Part shown: positions 9,711 to 18,658 of the stretch, piece by piece
How the letters are laid out: each line of letters opens with the position of its first letter
Numbering within the stretch: the first letter of the stretch is position 1
Assembly: GCA_023435305.1 (NCBI GenBank)
Contig: JAEYRV010000053.1
Location: 64,762-128,761 of the forward strand
DNA: 64,000 nucleotides
Origin: Bacillota bacterium
Lineage (GTDB): Bacteria > Bacillota > Clostridia > Acetivibrionales > DTU013
Direction: 5' to 3'
Made by a program: the position numbers and the translations under genes
Notes under the pieces: generated by a model
What the model saw: the letters and a program-made list of their open reading frames with translations, nothing else
What the model was told of the DNA's origin: nothing
Databases searched by the model: none

Positions 9711-10188
9711 GCTCATCCTCCTCCAACACGAACCTGAGCTTCTGACGGGCACGGGTAAGATGGCTGCGTATGGTAGCCTCCTTTTGCCCGGTCAGCCCTG
9801 ATATGTCCTTAATGGAATAACCCTCATAATAAAACAAATGGATGACAGTCCGATATTTATACGGCAGAGCCATGATCATATCCAACAGTTCATGCTGCTC
9901 CGGCTCAGCGGCAGGATAGGAATCGAGAAGCGGCGATCTGCGCCTGTACCAGGGGGATCGAAGCCGACTGTTGCAAAGGTTTACCGTTACTCTGATGAGC
10001 CATGCCTTTTCATGCTCATCCGATTCAAATTCGGGAGACTTCTCAAACGCACGCCAAAATACCTCCTGTATAATGTCCTCGGCATCGGATGCGTCCCCGG
10101 TGACAGCCAGTGCAGTACGGTAAACCCTATTCTCATGCTTTGTTACAAAGGCCTCGAAGTCCGACCGCCGACAGGACTTGTACGCCAT
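9697..10188 (-). CDS. ECF-type RNA polymerase sigma-70 family factor
   Basis: 163 aa with region 2 (DAEDIIQEVFWRAF...WLIRVTVNLCNSRLR) and region 4 (YRTVIHLFYYEGYSIKDISGLTGQKEATIRSHLTRARQKL). Confidence 0.9.
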   Translation of the reverse strand: MAYKSCRRSDFEAFVTKHENRVYRTALAVTGDASDAEDIIQEVFWRAFEKSPEFESDEHEKAWLIRVTVNLCNSRLRSPWYRRRSPLLDSYPAAEPEQHELLDMIMALPYKYRTVIHLFYYEGYSIKDISGLTGQKEATIRSHLTRARQKLRFVLEEDEHESI

Positions 10189-10218
10189 TCACTCAACTCC
10201 CTCCAACCTGTATACGCT

Positions 10219-10248
10219 TTAGACGAAGGAAAAGCTGCAAAGTATCCC
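10219..10248 (-). promoter_or_regulatory. Candidate ECF-type autoregulated promoter
   Basis: The minus strand reads GGGATAC, 16 nt, then CGTCTAA, about 25 nt upstream of the GGAGGGAG RBS of the sigma gene. This resembles the GGAAC-N16/17-CGTC pattern of ECF promoters. Confidence 0.35.
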
Positions 10249-10463
10249 TGAAAAATTATTGCGCTGTAATAATTCAGATTAAGAATCACTCTTGGCACTT
10301 CTGTTATTCGTGTTTTTACCAGCATGAAATTGCTAATATTAGAAAATAATCCATCAAACCAGACATATTTCTGATAAAATGTTGTTGTATGTATTTTCTT
10401 GTACGGATGGACTAAAAAAATGGTGTCTGACTGATGTGCCGGGCGCCATAAAGGAGGCGGACA

Positions 10464-11804
10464 ATGAGCAACGAAGCTGTCGTGGATTTTGATTATAACG
10501 GAATGGTTTCTTCCTCACGATTGTCGGGTGAGGCAAAGCTGCTGATCTGTGCAGACGGACTTACCCTTGACGGTTTATTTGACCGGGTTTCTGTTAACTA
10601 TGCCGATATTGATTCAATTGTACTTGAGAATTATGTTATACAAGTAAAAACTAATGGAGAAACCATAGTCATATCACAGATCGGTCAGCCATGTGAATGG
10701 TTTCACCGCGATCTTTTGGAGGCCTACAACAAAAAGGTTTTGTCCGCTTTTCATGTAACCGGAGAGCCATTGTTGGAGACCGAAGGACAATACTCATATG
10801 GAGTTTTGAACGGAAATGCGAAAATAAGTGTTTTTTCTGACTGCCTCTGCATACTTTCACCGAATCTTAGAGCCAGGCGTATACCGCTTGTGTTTATAAA
10901 TGGACTAAAAAGAGAAAATTACTCGCTTGCAATCACGTTGAACACTGAGGAGACCTATACATTTTCAATGCTGGGATCTGATTTTGATCCATTGGAAAGG
11001 GCAATCACTGAACGTATACGAGAGCTGAAAAATAATGATATTACCTTTGTTAATAAGCTGATACCTTCTCTTGGCTTTTCTGATAGCACCAAAGTCGGTT
11101 CATTACTGCGCGAGGGGATCGCTGTCCGGTTGAAGCAGCTGCCTCCGGTGCTGGCGGAAGCTATTGAAAAAAAGGTAAGGAACAGTAAAGCGGGTTCTAC
11201 ATATGAGCAGCTAAAAGCAATTTGCAATCACGAGCATCTTGCAGTCGGAATCAAATGCCTGCCGGATGAGGAATTTGAGGCATTGAAGCAGGCTGAGATC
11301 GAAAGGGTGCAAAAGCTTGCTGAAAATGCAGAAGTAAATCCGGGTGCGGGTAAGGGCGCGTGCGAAGTTGCAGGTGTTAGCGGAGCTGCTGCCTCCGGTG
11401 TAGGAGGAGTTGCAGTGTTGACTGCTGAGCAGGAAGATGCTCTGCGATGGGCTATATGGATTGTGGTCCCATCCAGTGACGGCAAGACGGCAGTAGTGGA
11501 GTTATCACTACCGGGCGAGGATGCTGCAACATATCTGTTCCGGGCGGATACTGTATGGGAACGTTTCCTGATGCTCCTGAACCGTGGAATGGAAGCGACA
11601 CAATTTCGGCGGGAAATAATCTCTCTTTCTGATGAAGCGTTGAAAGAAGAAGTGTATTCAGAGCAGCGCATGCTGAAAGTGAGGACACCGGCTCTGCATG
11701 AGCTGCGCAAACGTTTCATCGGCAGAGTGATCCACCGCTCCGCAGAAAGCTGGAAAAAGTCTCTGCTGGAAAAGCTGGGTGCCGGTCAGGACCCGTCTGA
11801 CTGA
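10464..11804 (+). CDS. Hypothetical protein
   Basis: 446 aa ORF with a GGAGG RBS and a strong terminator downstream. I recognise no family. Confidence 0.7.
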   Translation: MSNEAVVDFDYNGMVSSSRLSGEAKLLICADGLTLDGLFDRVSVNYADIDSIVLENYVIQVKTNGETIVISQIGQPCEWFHRDLLEAYNKKVLSAFHVTGEPLLETEGQYSYGVLNGNAKISVFSDCLCILSPNLRARRIPLVFINGLKRENYSLAITLNTEETYTFSMLGSDFDPLERAITERIRELKNNDITFVNKLIPSLGFSDSTKVGSLLREGIAVRLKQLPPVLAEAIEKKVRNSKAGSTYEQLKAICNHEHLAVGIKCLPDEEFEALKQAEIERVQKLAENAEVNPGAGKGACEVAGVSGAAASGVGGVAVLTAEQEDALRWAIWIVVPSSDGKTAVVELSLPGEDAATYLFRADTVWERFLMLLNRGMEATQFRREIISLSDEALKEEVYSEQRMLKVRTPALHELRKRFIGRVIHRSAESWKKSLLEKLGAGQDPSD

Positions 11805-11841
11805 CGTGCCAAGTACCATCACCTTTGTATTTTACAACAAC

Positions 11842-11868
11842 AAAAGGCGTCATAACTGACGCCTTTTA
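11842..11868. terminator. Bidirectional rho-independent terminator
   Basis: AAAAGGCGTCA-taac-TGACGCCTTTT is a perfect 11 bp stem flanked by an A-run and a T-run. Confidence 0.8.
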
Positions 11869-12201
11869 TGTTTGGCGGTAGGCATCTGAGTTAAGGTCAG
11901 GTCTGTACTCCTCGCTGTTTCCGGCTTCACCGATGATGTCGACGGCATAGACCCTGTAATTATTGGATAATGCCATGATCTCGGGGAACCAAAACGCGCT
12001 GTTGCTGCATGAACCATGAAGCAGTATGATAGGCGGATTTGACTCCTGTCCTGCAGTAAGCATGAATGTCCTGCCATACGTTGTATCTGCATATTGCTGT
12101 CCAAAGGGGAACTGACCGAGTACCTGGTTATAGTATGCCCGGATTTTGTCCCGCCCTGCATCAGTCTTGAATACACTGATTTTCATACGATCACTCCTCA
12201 T
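11866..12201 (-). pseudogene. Truncated alpha/beta hydrolase (N-terminal about 110 aa only)
   Basis: The sequence ...PPIILLHGSCSNSAFWFPEIMALSNNYRVYAVDIIGEAGNS... is the oxyanion-hole part of an alpha/beta hydrolase. The ORF stops inside the terminator hairpin before any GxSxG nucleophile elbow. Confidence 0.6.
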
Positions 12202-12634
12202 TATTTTGTTCTGTTAATGCTGCAATCGTGTCCATCATTATTGCCATGAAGCGGACATCGCCCCACAATGTGATGCGTACCATGTTTTCACGTTCGATAT
12301 ATTGTGTCTGCATGGATGACCTGCCGTATTCCGGCGGTTTGGCATTCAGTGAGGCTGTAAGCGTGTTCATGATATGGATGGCATCCTGCCTGCCGTTTAC
12401 ATTGATGTCAACAACTGAAGATGCGATGGTGCTCAGAGCTGTCTGCTTTTCCGAAGCCAGTCCATTGCTGCCCTCACTCTCGATAAAAACGCTCAGATCA
12501 TGGCCGGTTATGCGCCAGCTTTTGCCGATCTTTGATGCGCGCAGCTTTCCCTCGCGGATGTAACGCTGGATTGTTTTTGGATGGATGTTCAGCATTTCTG
12601 AAATTTGATCTACAGTAAAATAATCTTTAGTCAT
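12191..12634 (-). CDS. Helix-turn-helix (excisionase/MerR-like) DNA-binding protein
   Basis: I start it at MTKDYFTVDQISEMLNIHPKTIQRYIREGKLRASKIGKSWRI, preceded by an AAGGAG RBS. The longer 12736 start has no RBS. Confidence 0.75.
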   Translation of the reverse strand: MTKDYFTVDQISEMLNIHPKTIQRYIREGKLRASKIGKSWRITGHDLSVFIESEGSNGLASEKQTALSTIASSVVDINVNGRQDAIHIMNTLTASLNAKPPEYGRSSMQTQYIERENMVRITLWGDVRFMAIMMDTIAALTEQNNEE

Positions 12635-12944
12635 AATAAAGCTCCTTATTGTTTCTTGTAAGGTCATTATAGGGTACAATAGGGAATATGTCAATATGGT
12701 TTTTAAATATTTTTGGATTCTGAGTGAATGAAACATAGATGCATTTGTTATGAGACTGCCTTGATATTGATTATGAACATCTTTAGCCTTCCGATACCAT
12801 GGAAAAAGTGCAAAATCAGGTTTCCCGACTCCAAATATTGGGTAATTATTATTATCGGTCTACACCGTAATATAATATACTTTTTACTATGTTGGACAGA
12901 ATAAAACTAATAATTACAAAGTATTACATAAAGGAGAGATATCA

Positions 12945-13559
12945 ATGAGTAATGTCAAATTAGCGATAATCTATTATAGTATGGGCGGCACCAATTACCA
13001 AATGGCCAAATGGGCCGCTGAAGGCGCGAAAGAAGCGGGAGCTGAAGTAAGGATACTGAAGGTGCATGAGCTTGCTCCCCAATCGGTGATCGACAGCAGC
13101 CCGGCATGGAAGGCGAATGTGGAGGCAACAAGGGACATCCCTGAAGCTCAGACAGCTGATTTGGATTGGGCAGATGCATTTATTTTCAGTACTCCGACAC
13201 GTTTCGGGGGCATGACATCGCAGATGAAACAATTTCTTGACATGCAGGGAGGCCTTTGGGCACAGGGAAAGACCGTGAACAAGGTCGTGAGCGCCATGTC
13301 TTCCGCTCAGAATCCCCATGGCGGACAGGAAGCAACGATTTTGTCGATTTATACTTCAATGCATCACTGGGGAGCGATCGTCGCGGCTCCCGGCTATACT
13401 GATCCGGTCCAGTTCGGAGCAGGTGGGAATCCTTATGGAGTAAGCGTCACAGTCGACCAGAACGGCAATATGATCGAGGATATACAGGCTGCTGTGAAGT
13501 ATCAGGCGAAACGAACCGTTACCGTAGCACAGTGGATCAAGAACGCGGGAGAGGGCTGA
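12945..13559 (+). CDS. wrbA: NAD(P)H:quinone oxidoreductase, WrbA-type flavodoxin-like protein
   Basis: 204 aa. KLAIIYYSMGGTNYQMAKWAAEGAKEAGAEVRILKV...FIFSTPTRFGGMTSQMKQFLD matches the WrbA/type IV NQO pattern. It has an AAGGAG RBS. Confidence 0.85.
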   Translation: MSNVKLAIIYYSMGGTNYQMAKWAAEGAKEAGAEVRILKVHELAPQSVIDSSPAWKANVEATRDIPEAQTADLDWADAFIFSTPTRFGGMTSQMKQFLDMQGGLWAQGKTVNKVVSAMSSAQNPHGGQEATILSIYTSMHHWGAIVAAPGYTDPVQFGAGGNPYGVSVTVDQNGNMIEDIQAAVKYQAKRTVTVAQWIKNAGEG

Positions 13560-13565
13560 CCAGGT

Positions 13566-14150
13566 ATGAAGAATATTGTTGGCAAAGGAAATAAAATGCC
13601 GGAATTGCCTCCGAAGCAGCGCGATGAATTGTTTACGGTTTTAGAAGACCGCTTTGAGAATAATATGAAACGCCACAGCGGACTTAGGTGGGCTGATGTA
13701 CAGGTAAGGCTTGAGGCGGATCCAGCAAAAGCATGGTCGATTTACGAGATGGAAAGAACCGGCGGCGAGCCTGATGTTGTCGGCTATGACAATGGGACAG
13801 GGGAGTATGTTTTTTATGATTGCTCGGCTGAAAGTCCCAAAGGCCGCAGAAGCGTGTGCTACGACCGTGAAGCGCTGGAGTCCAGGAAAGAGCACAGGCC
13901 TGCAGACAGCGCTGTTGATATGGCCAATGCCATGGGAATCGAGCTGTTGACGGAGGAACAATACCGTGAACTGCAGAAGCACGGCAATTTTGATTCAAAA
14001 ACATCCAGTTGGGTGAAAACACCTCCGGAGATACGTAAGCTAGGCGGTGCTATCTTCTGTGATCGTCGCTATAACACTATCTTTATGTACCACAATGGTG
14101 CGGAATCATATTATGCCGCCAGGGGCTTCCGAGGCTTGCTGAGGGTATGA
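13566..14150 (+). CDS. DUF4256 domain-containing protein
   Basis: 194 aa. ...RFENNMKRHSGLRWADVQVRLEADPAKAWSIYEMERTGGEPDVVGYD... matches my memory of the DUF4256 family. An alternative start is at 13596 (MPELPP). Confidence 0.7.
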   Translation: MKNIVGKGNKMPELPPKQRDELFTVLEDRFENNMKRHSGLRWADVQVRLEADPAKAWSIYEMERTGGEPDVVGYDNGTGEYVFYDCSAESPKGRRSVCYDREALESRKEHRPADSAVDMANAMGIELLTEEQYRELQKHGNFDSKTSSWVKTPPEIRKLGGAIFCDRRYNTIFMYHNGAESYYAARGFRGLLRV

Positions 14151-14157
14151 ATCAATA

Positions 14158-14203
14158 AACAGCGGAGCAGCTATCTATATGAGATTGCTCCGCTGTTTTT
14201 TTG
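14158..14203 (+). terminator. Rho-independent terminator
   Basis: CAGCGGAGCA, a loop, TGCTCCGCTG, then TTTTTTT. Confidence 0.8.
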
Positions 14204-14403
14204 TGTGCCCGGCGGGTGTACGCTCTAAAATGTTGTTCTTCTTCATGGAATTCAGCCTGTAGTGATTCTATGTCCTTTCTCTTCAAACTTCTTGTTTTCA
14301 TTATTGATTTCTTGCAGTACTGTTCATATGCAGGATTTTTGATATCATTAAGCATGAGACTATACTTCTTTTATTCGATATGGTCTTTAAGTATGTAGAA
14401 ACA

Positions 14404-14432
14404 TGTAACAAAATGAAGAATTCCTCGTTATA
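14404..14432 (+). promoter_or_regulatory. Candidate ECF-type promoter
   Basis: TGTAAC (14404-14409), 16 nt, then CGTTATA (14426-14432), just upstream of the GAGGAGG RBS of the sigma gene. It resembles TGAAAC-N16-CGTA promoters. Confidence 0.35.
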
Positions 14433-14451
14433 CATATGAGGAGGTGAAAAA

Positions 14452-14940
14452 TTGCTCGAAATAGAAATGCTGTACAACAGATACTTCTCCAGAGTCTACT
14501 CCTTTTTAATAAGGCTGAGCTCCAGTGAAACCATTGCAAGAGAAATAACACAGCAAACATTTTTCAAAGCCCTGGGGAAAGTAAAAGATCTCAATGATAA
14601 TGCCAATGTGTTTTCCTGGCTTTGTCAGATCGCCAAGAATACATATTTCGACTACCTTCGAAAAGAAAAACGAGTCGAATCGCTAGAAAATATAGATGAC
14701 ATAATCGATGAAAGAAGTCTGGAAAAGGAATATTGTCAAAAGGAGCAGATACTTAAGATCCATGAATATCTGCACAGGATGAATGAGCCCTACAAAGAGG
14801 TGTTCATGCTGCGCATCTTTGGGGAGCTGTCATATAAGGAAATTGGCTGTATTTTCAGCAAATCGGAGAATTGGGCAAGAGTGACCTATTACAGAGCAAA
14901 GGTCCAGATACAGGAAGGGATGGAGGGTTATAATGAGTAA
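14452..14940 (+). CDS. ECF-type RNA polymerase sigma-70 family factor
   Basis: 162 aa with a TTG start after GAGGAGG. Region 2 is FSWLCQIAKNTYFDYLRKEKR and region 4 is YKEVFMLRIFGELSYKEIGCIFSKSENWARVTYYRAK. Confidence 0.88.
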   Translation: MLEIEMLYNRYFSRVYSFLIRLSSSETIAREITQQTFFKALGKVKDLNDNANVFSWLCQIAKNTYFDYLRKEKRVESLENIDDIIDERSLEKEYCQKEQILKIHEYLHRMNEPYKEVFMLRIFGELSYKEIGCIFSKSENWARVTYYRAKVQIQEGMEGYNE

Positions 14941-15817
14941 AATCAACTGCGATATCATAAAAGACATAATTCCGCTATATATCGACGGTGTATGCAGTAA
15001 ATATTCCATACAAATGGTTGAAGATCATATAAAAGAGTGTCCGGACTGCAGGGATCTCCTTGAATCATTTCGGAATCCGGCTATTACCGATGAAATCAGG
15101 ACCAGCAATGAAATTGAATTCAAAGAACTGACGCTGAAGGTCAAAAAGAAAAACAGGCTCAAAGCGATACTTCTGGTACTGGGAGCGGTAATTGCCAGTT
15201 TTGTCGGTGCCTTGCTTCTGGGCATTTTTGTTTTAGGCATATTTTCATTAGGAGGAGAAAGCTACGCGACTATTGATACAGATAACTATGGGATATACGA
15301 AGGCCACATAGAAGCTGAAAGGCAGGATTTGTTCAGTGGACTGTACATTTTCCCTGAACGGATCTCACAAAATGCTTCGGTTATTGATTATTTTTACTCC
15401 TGTGAAGGTGGAGGATTCGACAATTCATATCAGCAATTTCTGAAGTGCACGTACTCGCAAGAAGAGTATAATGCGGAAATCAACAGGCTGAAAAATATTA
15501 CGTGTGAGATACCGGTAAGATCCGGACCTGTAGTAAACACTGTGGAATATTCTGATGTGAAGTTCAGCAGTCCAGCTTACATTACAGCTTATGCGAGCCA
15601 TGGCATGTTCGAATATGCTCTGTGTAATGATGCGGACAAAACTATCGTATATGTGTATCTTCAGTTAATAGGGAACGATGATGTAGTGTTCAACAGAGAG
15701 TACCTGCCACTGGAATATCAGGATGGCAAACCGCTGCTTGAGGATGTTAGCTTTAGCAATACAAATATTTACTACGCCTATGTAGGCAACGGAGTATATA
15801 TGAACTATAAAGACTGA
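14933..15817 (+). CDS. Anti-sigma factor (zf-HC2 type) with TM and extracytoplasmic domain
   Basis: It overlaps the sigma gene by 8 nt. It has the motif HIKECPDCRDLL (H-x3-C-x2-C), a TM segment (AILLVLGAVIASFVGALLLGIFVLGIF), and a C-terminal domain of about 190 aa. Confidence 0.8.
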   Translation: MSKINCDIIKDIIPLYIDGVCSKYSIQMVEDHIKECPDCRDLLESFRNPAITDEIRTSNEIEFKELTLKVKKKNRLKAILLVLGAVIASFVGALLLGIFVLGIFSLGGESYATIDTDNYGIYEGHIEAERQDLFSGLYIFPERISQNASVIDYFYSCEGGGFDNSYQQFLKCTYSQEEYNAEINRLKNITCEIPVRSGPVVNTVEYSDVKFSSPAYITAYASHGMFEYALCNDADKTIVYVYLQLIGNDDVVFNREYLPLEYQDGKPLLEDVSFSNTNIYYAYVGNGVYMNYKD

Positions 15818-15915
15818 TCCATTGACTGAAAGACTGATCCATGATATTTAACTGATCCATGGCCTGATTGATCCACGGCCTGATTGATCCACGGCCTGAA
15901 AGACTGATCCATTGT
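15810..15915. repeat. Cluster of six short (C)TGATCCA-containing repeats
   Basis: AAGACTGATCCATTG, AAGACTGATCCATG, AACTGATCCATGG, CCTGATTGATCCACGG twice, and AAGACTGATCCATTG. The first copy overlaps the anti-sigma stop codon. Confidence 0.8.
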
Positions 15916-16192
15916 CCGCGGGGCGACGACGGCACGGTTTGATGGACTGCTTCGCTGCCACGGTTCGCTGGCCTGTCAAGCCAAACTATTTCCAAGCGGC
16001 TGACCGGGGTGTGCAAAAAACACGTCATCTGGGGACCTAATGGTATCGTTGAGTATACATAACTCTGCAATCTCCATATTATGTACCCTTTATAAGTAAT
16101 AAATATGGTGTAATAACAATAAATCCAATGGGGTTGTGCCCAGAAGTCGCCATTTTTGCACACCGCGCTATGAAGCATCACCCCACATTGCC

Positions 16193-16349
16193 AAATCCGA
16201 ACGTTGCAACCCTAATCTGCATGTCCAATCCCCACGTCCCACTACTAAATCCGAACGTAACAACCCTAATCTGCATGTCCAATCCCCACGTCCCACTACT
16301 AAATCCGAACTCCCGAACCGAACTCCCGAACCGAACTCCCGAACCGAAC
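16193..16349. repeat. 54-bp tandem repeat (2.2 copies) followed by a 13-bp repeat TCCCGAACCGAAC (3 copies)
   Basis: The units at 16193-16246 and 16247-16300 differ at 2 positions. A partial third unit follows at 16301-16310, then three 13-mers to about 16349. Confidence 0.9.
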
Positions 16350-16518
16350 TCCGCGTACTATGTAATCCGCATGCTATACCCGATTTTACCGCTCACTTTA
16401 AGTATCACACGCCCCACCCCGGGAAAATGCACACCTTACTCCTGGTATGTACTATCTCTGCCTAATTTGGTATAATTGGTAAAGCTGATTTTATTTAAAT
16501 GCTTGGGGAGACTTCAAA

Positions 16519-17376
16519 ATGGATTTTTTCGAGCTCGTGTTATTATTTTCAACCGGTTATTACACGATTATAAGCATATACGGCTGGTATCAAAGGCTGC
16601 CTGGCATCGGGCCTGTAAGCCGGGATAAAACCACTAAGTATGTGATGGGTCTGCTGCCGGCCGTTTCATTTGTCATAATTACTTTTACACTGAAGGTTCT
16701 GGCATCGTTTGACGTTGTGGACGATATGATTTACATAATATTTTATGTTGTATTGGGGTATGCCTGGACTTTCCTTGGTATGCGTGCAGTCTTTATTTTC
16801 TTTGATATCTCATGGATCGACGATGTCCTGAGTTTAAACAACAAGGCCGCTTTATATGCCGTCAGCGGAGCATTTCTCGGATTGGTGACAATATATTCAG
16901 GAGCAAATATAGGAGATGGTCCGGGCTGGTGGTGTGTTATTTTTGCAGGAGGACTGGGGCTGATCTCGTGGTTCATTCTTGCAAGGGTCTTAAATTCATT
17001 TACACAGGTATTTGAACGTATTACTGTAGATCGCGACATCTATTGCGGAATTCGTTTCGGCGCATATCTGCTGGCCAGCGGTATTATTCTGGCGAGGGCA
17101 TCTGCAGGTGACTGGACATCATTTTACAGCACGATAATCGAATTTCTTGTCGGATGGCCGGTTTTACCGTTGACCGGGCTGGCGATATTAATTGAACGCT
17201 ATTATATATATAAAGCCAAACTGAATGAAAGCATCACCAACACATATTTGTTTGGCTCGCTGTACTGGGCCATGGCTTACCTTATGATTGCTGTTGCAAG
17301 CATTGTTGTGTTCCCGCTGGTTGAAAATCCGATATACGGCATTGTGTCCGCAGTACTTCCAGGTGTCGTGCTATGA
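16519..17376 (+). CDS. Integral membrane protein, possibly a DUF350-type repeat protein
   Basis: 285 aa with about 8 hydrophobic segments. Segments such as DDVLSLNNKAALYAVSGAFLGLV resemble the DUF350 N-x-A-x-A signature. Confidence 0.7.
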   Translation: MDFFELVLLFSTGYYTIISIYGWYQRLPGIGPVSRDKTTKYVMGLLPAVSFVIITFTLKVLASFDVVDDMIYIIFYVVLGYAWTFLGMRAVFIFFDISWIDDVLSLNNKAALYAVSGAFLGLVTIYSGANIGDGPGWWCVIFAGGLGLISWFILARVLNSFTQVFERITVDRDIYCGIRFGAYLLASGIILARASAGDWTSFYSTIIEFLVGWPVLPLTGLAILIERYYIYKAKLNESITNTYLFGSLYWAMAYLMIAVASIVVFPLVENPIYGIVSAVLPGVVL

Positions 17377-18581
17377 AAAAATCAATTGAACTGGCACTGA
17401 TTCCGAACGAGCAATATTCCGAATACCGATACAATGTTATATTCAAGGCGTATAAATGGGATCCGCAGGTGGGGGACCATAATACCATAGCAAAGCATGT
17501 TGTCCTGATGGACCAGGAGACTGTCGGCCAGCTGGAAACATGGGCCGAACAACTATCGGAAGAGACCATGCTGATGGAAGAGGCCTTTATTCATAAGCCG
17601 GAATTAGCGAAAAAACTGGGCCTGCCGCGGAAGGTCCTTAAAACATTGGACCGGCTCTCAAACTATGACAGGGACCAAAACGTCAGATTTATGCGGTTCG
17701 ATTTCCATCCGACGACAGACGGCTGGGCAGTGTCCGAAGTCAACAGTGATGTGCCCGGCGGCCTTGCCGAGGCATCTGTTCTGCCTCGGATTGCAAGCGC
17801 ATATTTTGACGGTTATGAACCTCGCCGGCACATTGGTGAAAGCCTATTACAAGCATTTTCGGAGAGGGTCGAAAAAGACGGCGTTATTGCATTTGTTCAT
17901 GCCACATCCTATTCTGATGACCGCCAGGTCATGGAATTTTTAAGCGACTATTTTCAGGCGAATGGATACCGTACTGTTTTTGCCGCGCCGGACCATATAG
18001 TATGGAAAGACAATAATGCGATGTGCATCATTGAAGGCAGGGAAGGCCCTATAGACGGTATCGTGAGGTTTTTCCCGCTGGAATGGCTGACAAATCTGCC
18101 CCGCCGGTCAGACTGGAAGGGGTATTACGATTGCATGACTGCTTCCTGCAACCACCCTGTTGCGATATTTACCCAATCAAAACGGCTGCCGCTGGTTTGG
18201 GATGGATTAGGTGTCGATGTATCCGCGTGGAAAAAATTATTGCCTGAGACCAGGGAGCCTAAAACGATCAGGCAGCAGGATGAAGATTGGATATATAAGC
18301 CTGCCCTGGGCAGAGTGGGCGAGGGCATTTCCATCAAAGGGGCGATAACTGAAAAAGAGCGTCTGCGTATCGTGAAGGCAGCACACAGGGACTCCGGGAA
18401 CTGGCTGGCCCAACGGAAATTTACCAGCCAGCCTCTGACGGATGTGAACGGGGAGGTATTCCATCTGTGTGTAGGTGTGTTTACGGTGAATGGAAAGAGC
18501 GCGGGCTTTTATGGAAGGATAAGTCCGTACCCCAGAATCGATGACAGAGCGAAAGACATACCATTATTAGTGAAAAAATAA
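17373..18581 (+). CDS. Glutathionylspermidine synthase-like ATP-grasp family protein (YjfC/YgiC-like)
   Basis: 402 aa with an ATGA start/stop overlap with the upstream gene. ...VRFMRFDFHPTTDGWAVSEVNSDVPGGLAEASV... resembles the GSP_synth family core (RFDF...EYNADTP). Confidence 0.65.
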   Translation: MKKSIELALIPNEQYSEYRYNVIFKAYKWDPQVGDHNTIAKHVVLMDQETVGQLETWAEQLSEETMLMEEAFIHKPELAKKLGLPRKVLKTLDRLSNYDRDQNVRFMRFDFHPTTDGWAVSEVNSDVPGGLAEASVLPRIASAYFDGYEPRRHIGESLLQAFSERVEKDGVIAFVHATSYSDDRQVMEFLSDYFQANGYRTVFAAPDHIVWKDNNAMCIIEGREGPIDGIVRFFPLEWLTNLPRRSDWKGYYDCMTASCNHPVAIFTQSKRLPLVWDGLGVDVSAWKKLLPETREPKTIRQQDEDWIYKPALGRVGEGISIKGAITEKERLRIVKAAHRDSGNWLAQRKFTSQPLTDVNGEVFHLCVGVFTVNGKSAGFYGRISPYPRIDDRAKDIPLLVKK

Positions 18582-18640
18582 AGGAATAATTCAAGCCTGA
18601 CCCCGATTTTGAATAAAGGAATAATTCAAGCCTGACCCCG
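18578..18640. repeat. Two direct half-copies of the dispersed palindromic element (AATAAAGGAATAATTCAAGCCTGACCCCG)
   Basis: Identical 29-mers lie at 18578-18606 and 18612-18640, between the stop of the ATP-grasp gene and the RBS of the next gene. Confidence 0.9.
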
Positions 18641-18658
18641 AAAAAGGAGGATGTAAAA

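Noticed and set aside
14152-14355. A 67-aa minus-strand ORF between the DUF4256 gene and the ECF operon.
   Set aside because: Its 3' end runs through the terminator hairpin of the convergent gene, it has no clear RBS, and its composition is unremarkable. The support is insufficient.
16009-16164. An 11-bp inverted repeat, GTGTGCAAAAA / TTTTTGCACAC, separated by about 135 bp.
   Set aside because: It is short and AT-rich enough to occur by chance, and there is no supporting feature.
16128-16475. Two overlapping ORFs of 109-115 aa across the 54-bp and 13-bp repeats.
   Set aside because: The reading frames are open only because the repeat units are multiples of 3 and stop-free. The products are repetitive (…NPNV.TLICMSNPHVPLL…). 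There is no RBS, and two frames are open at once.
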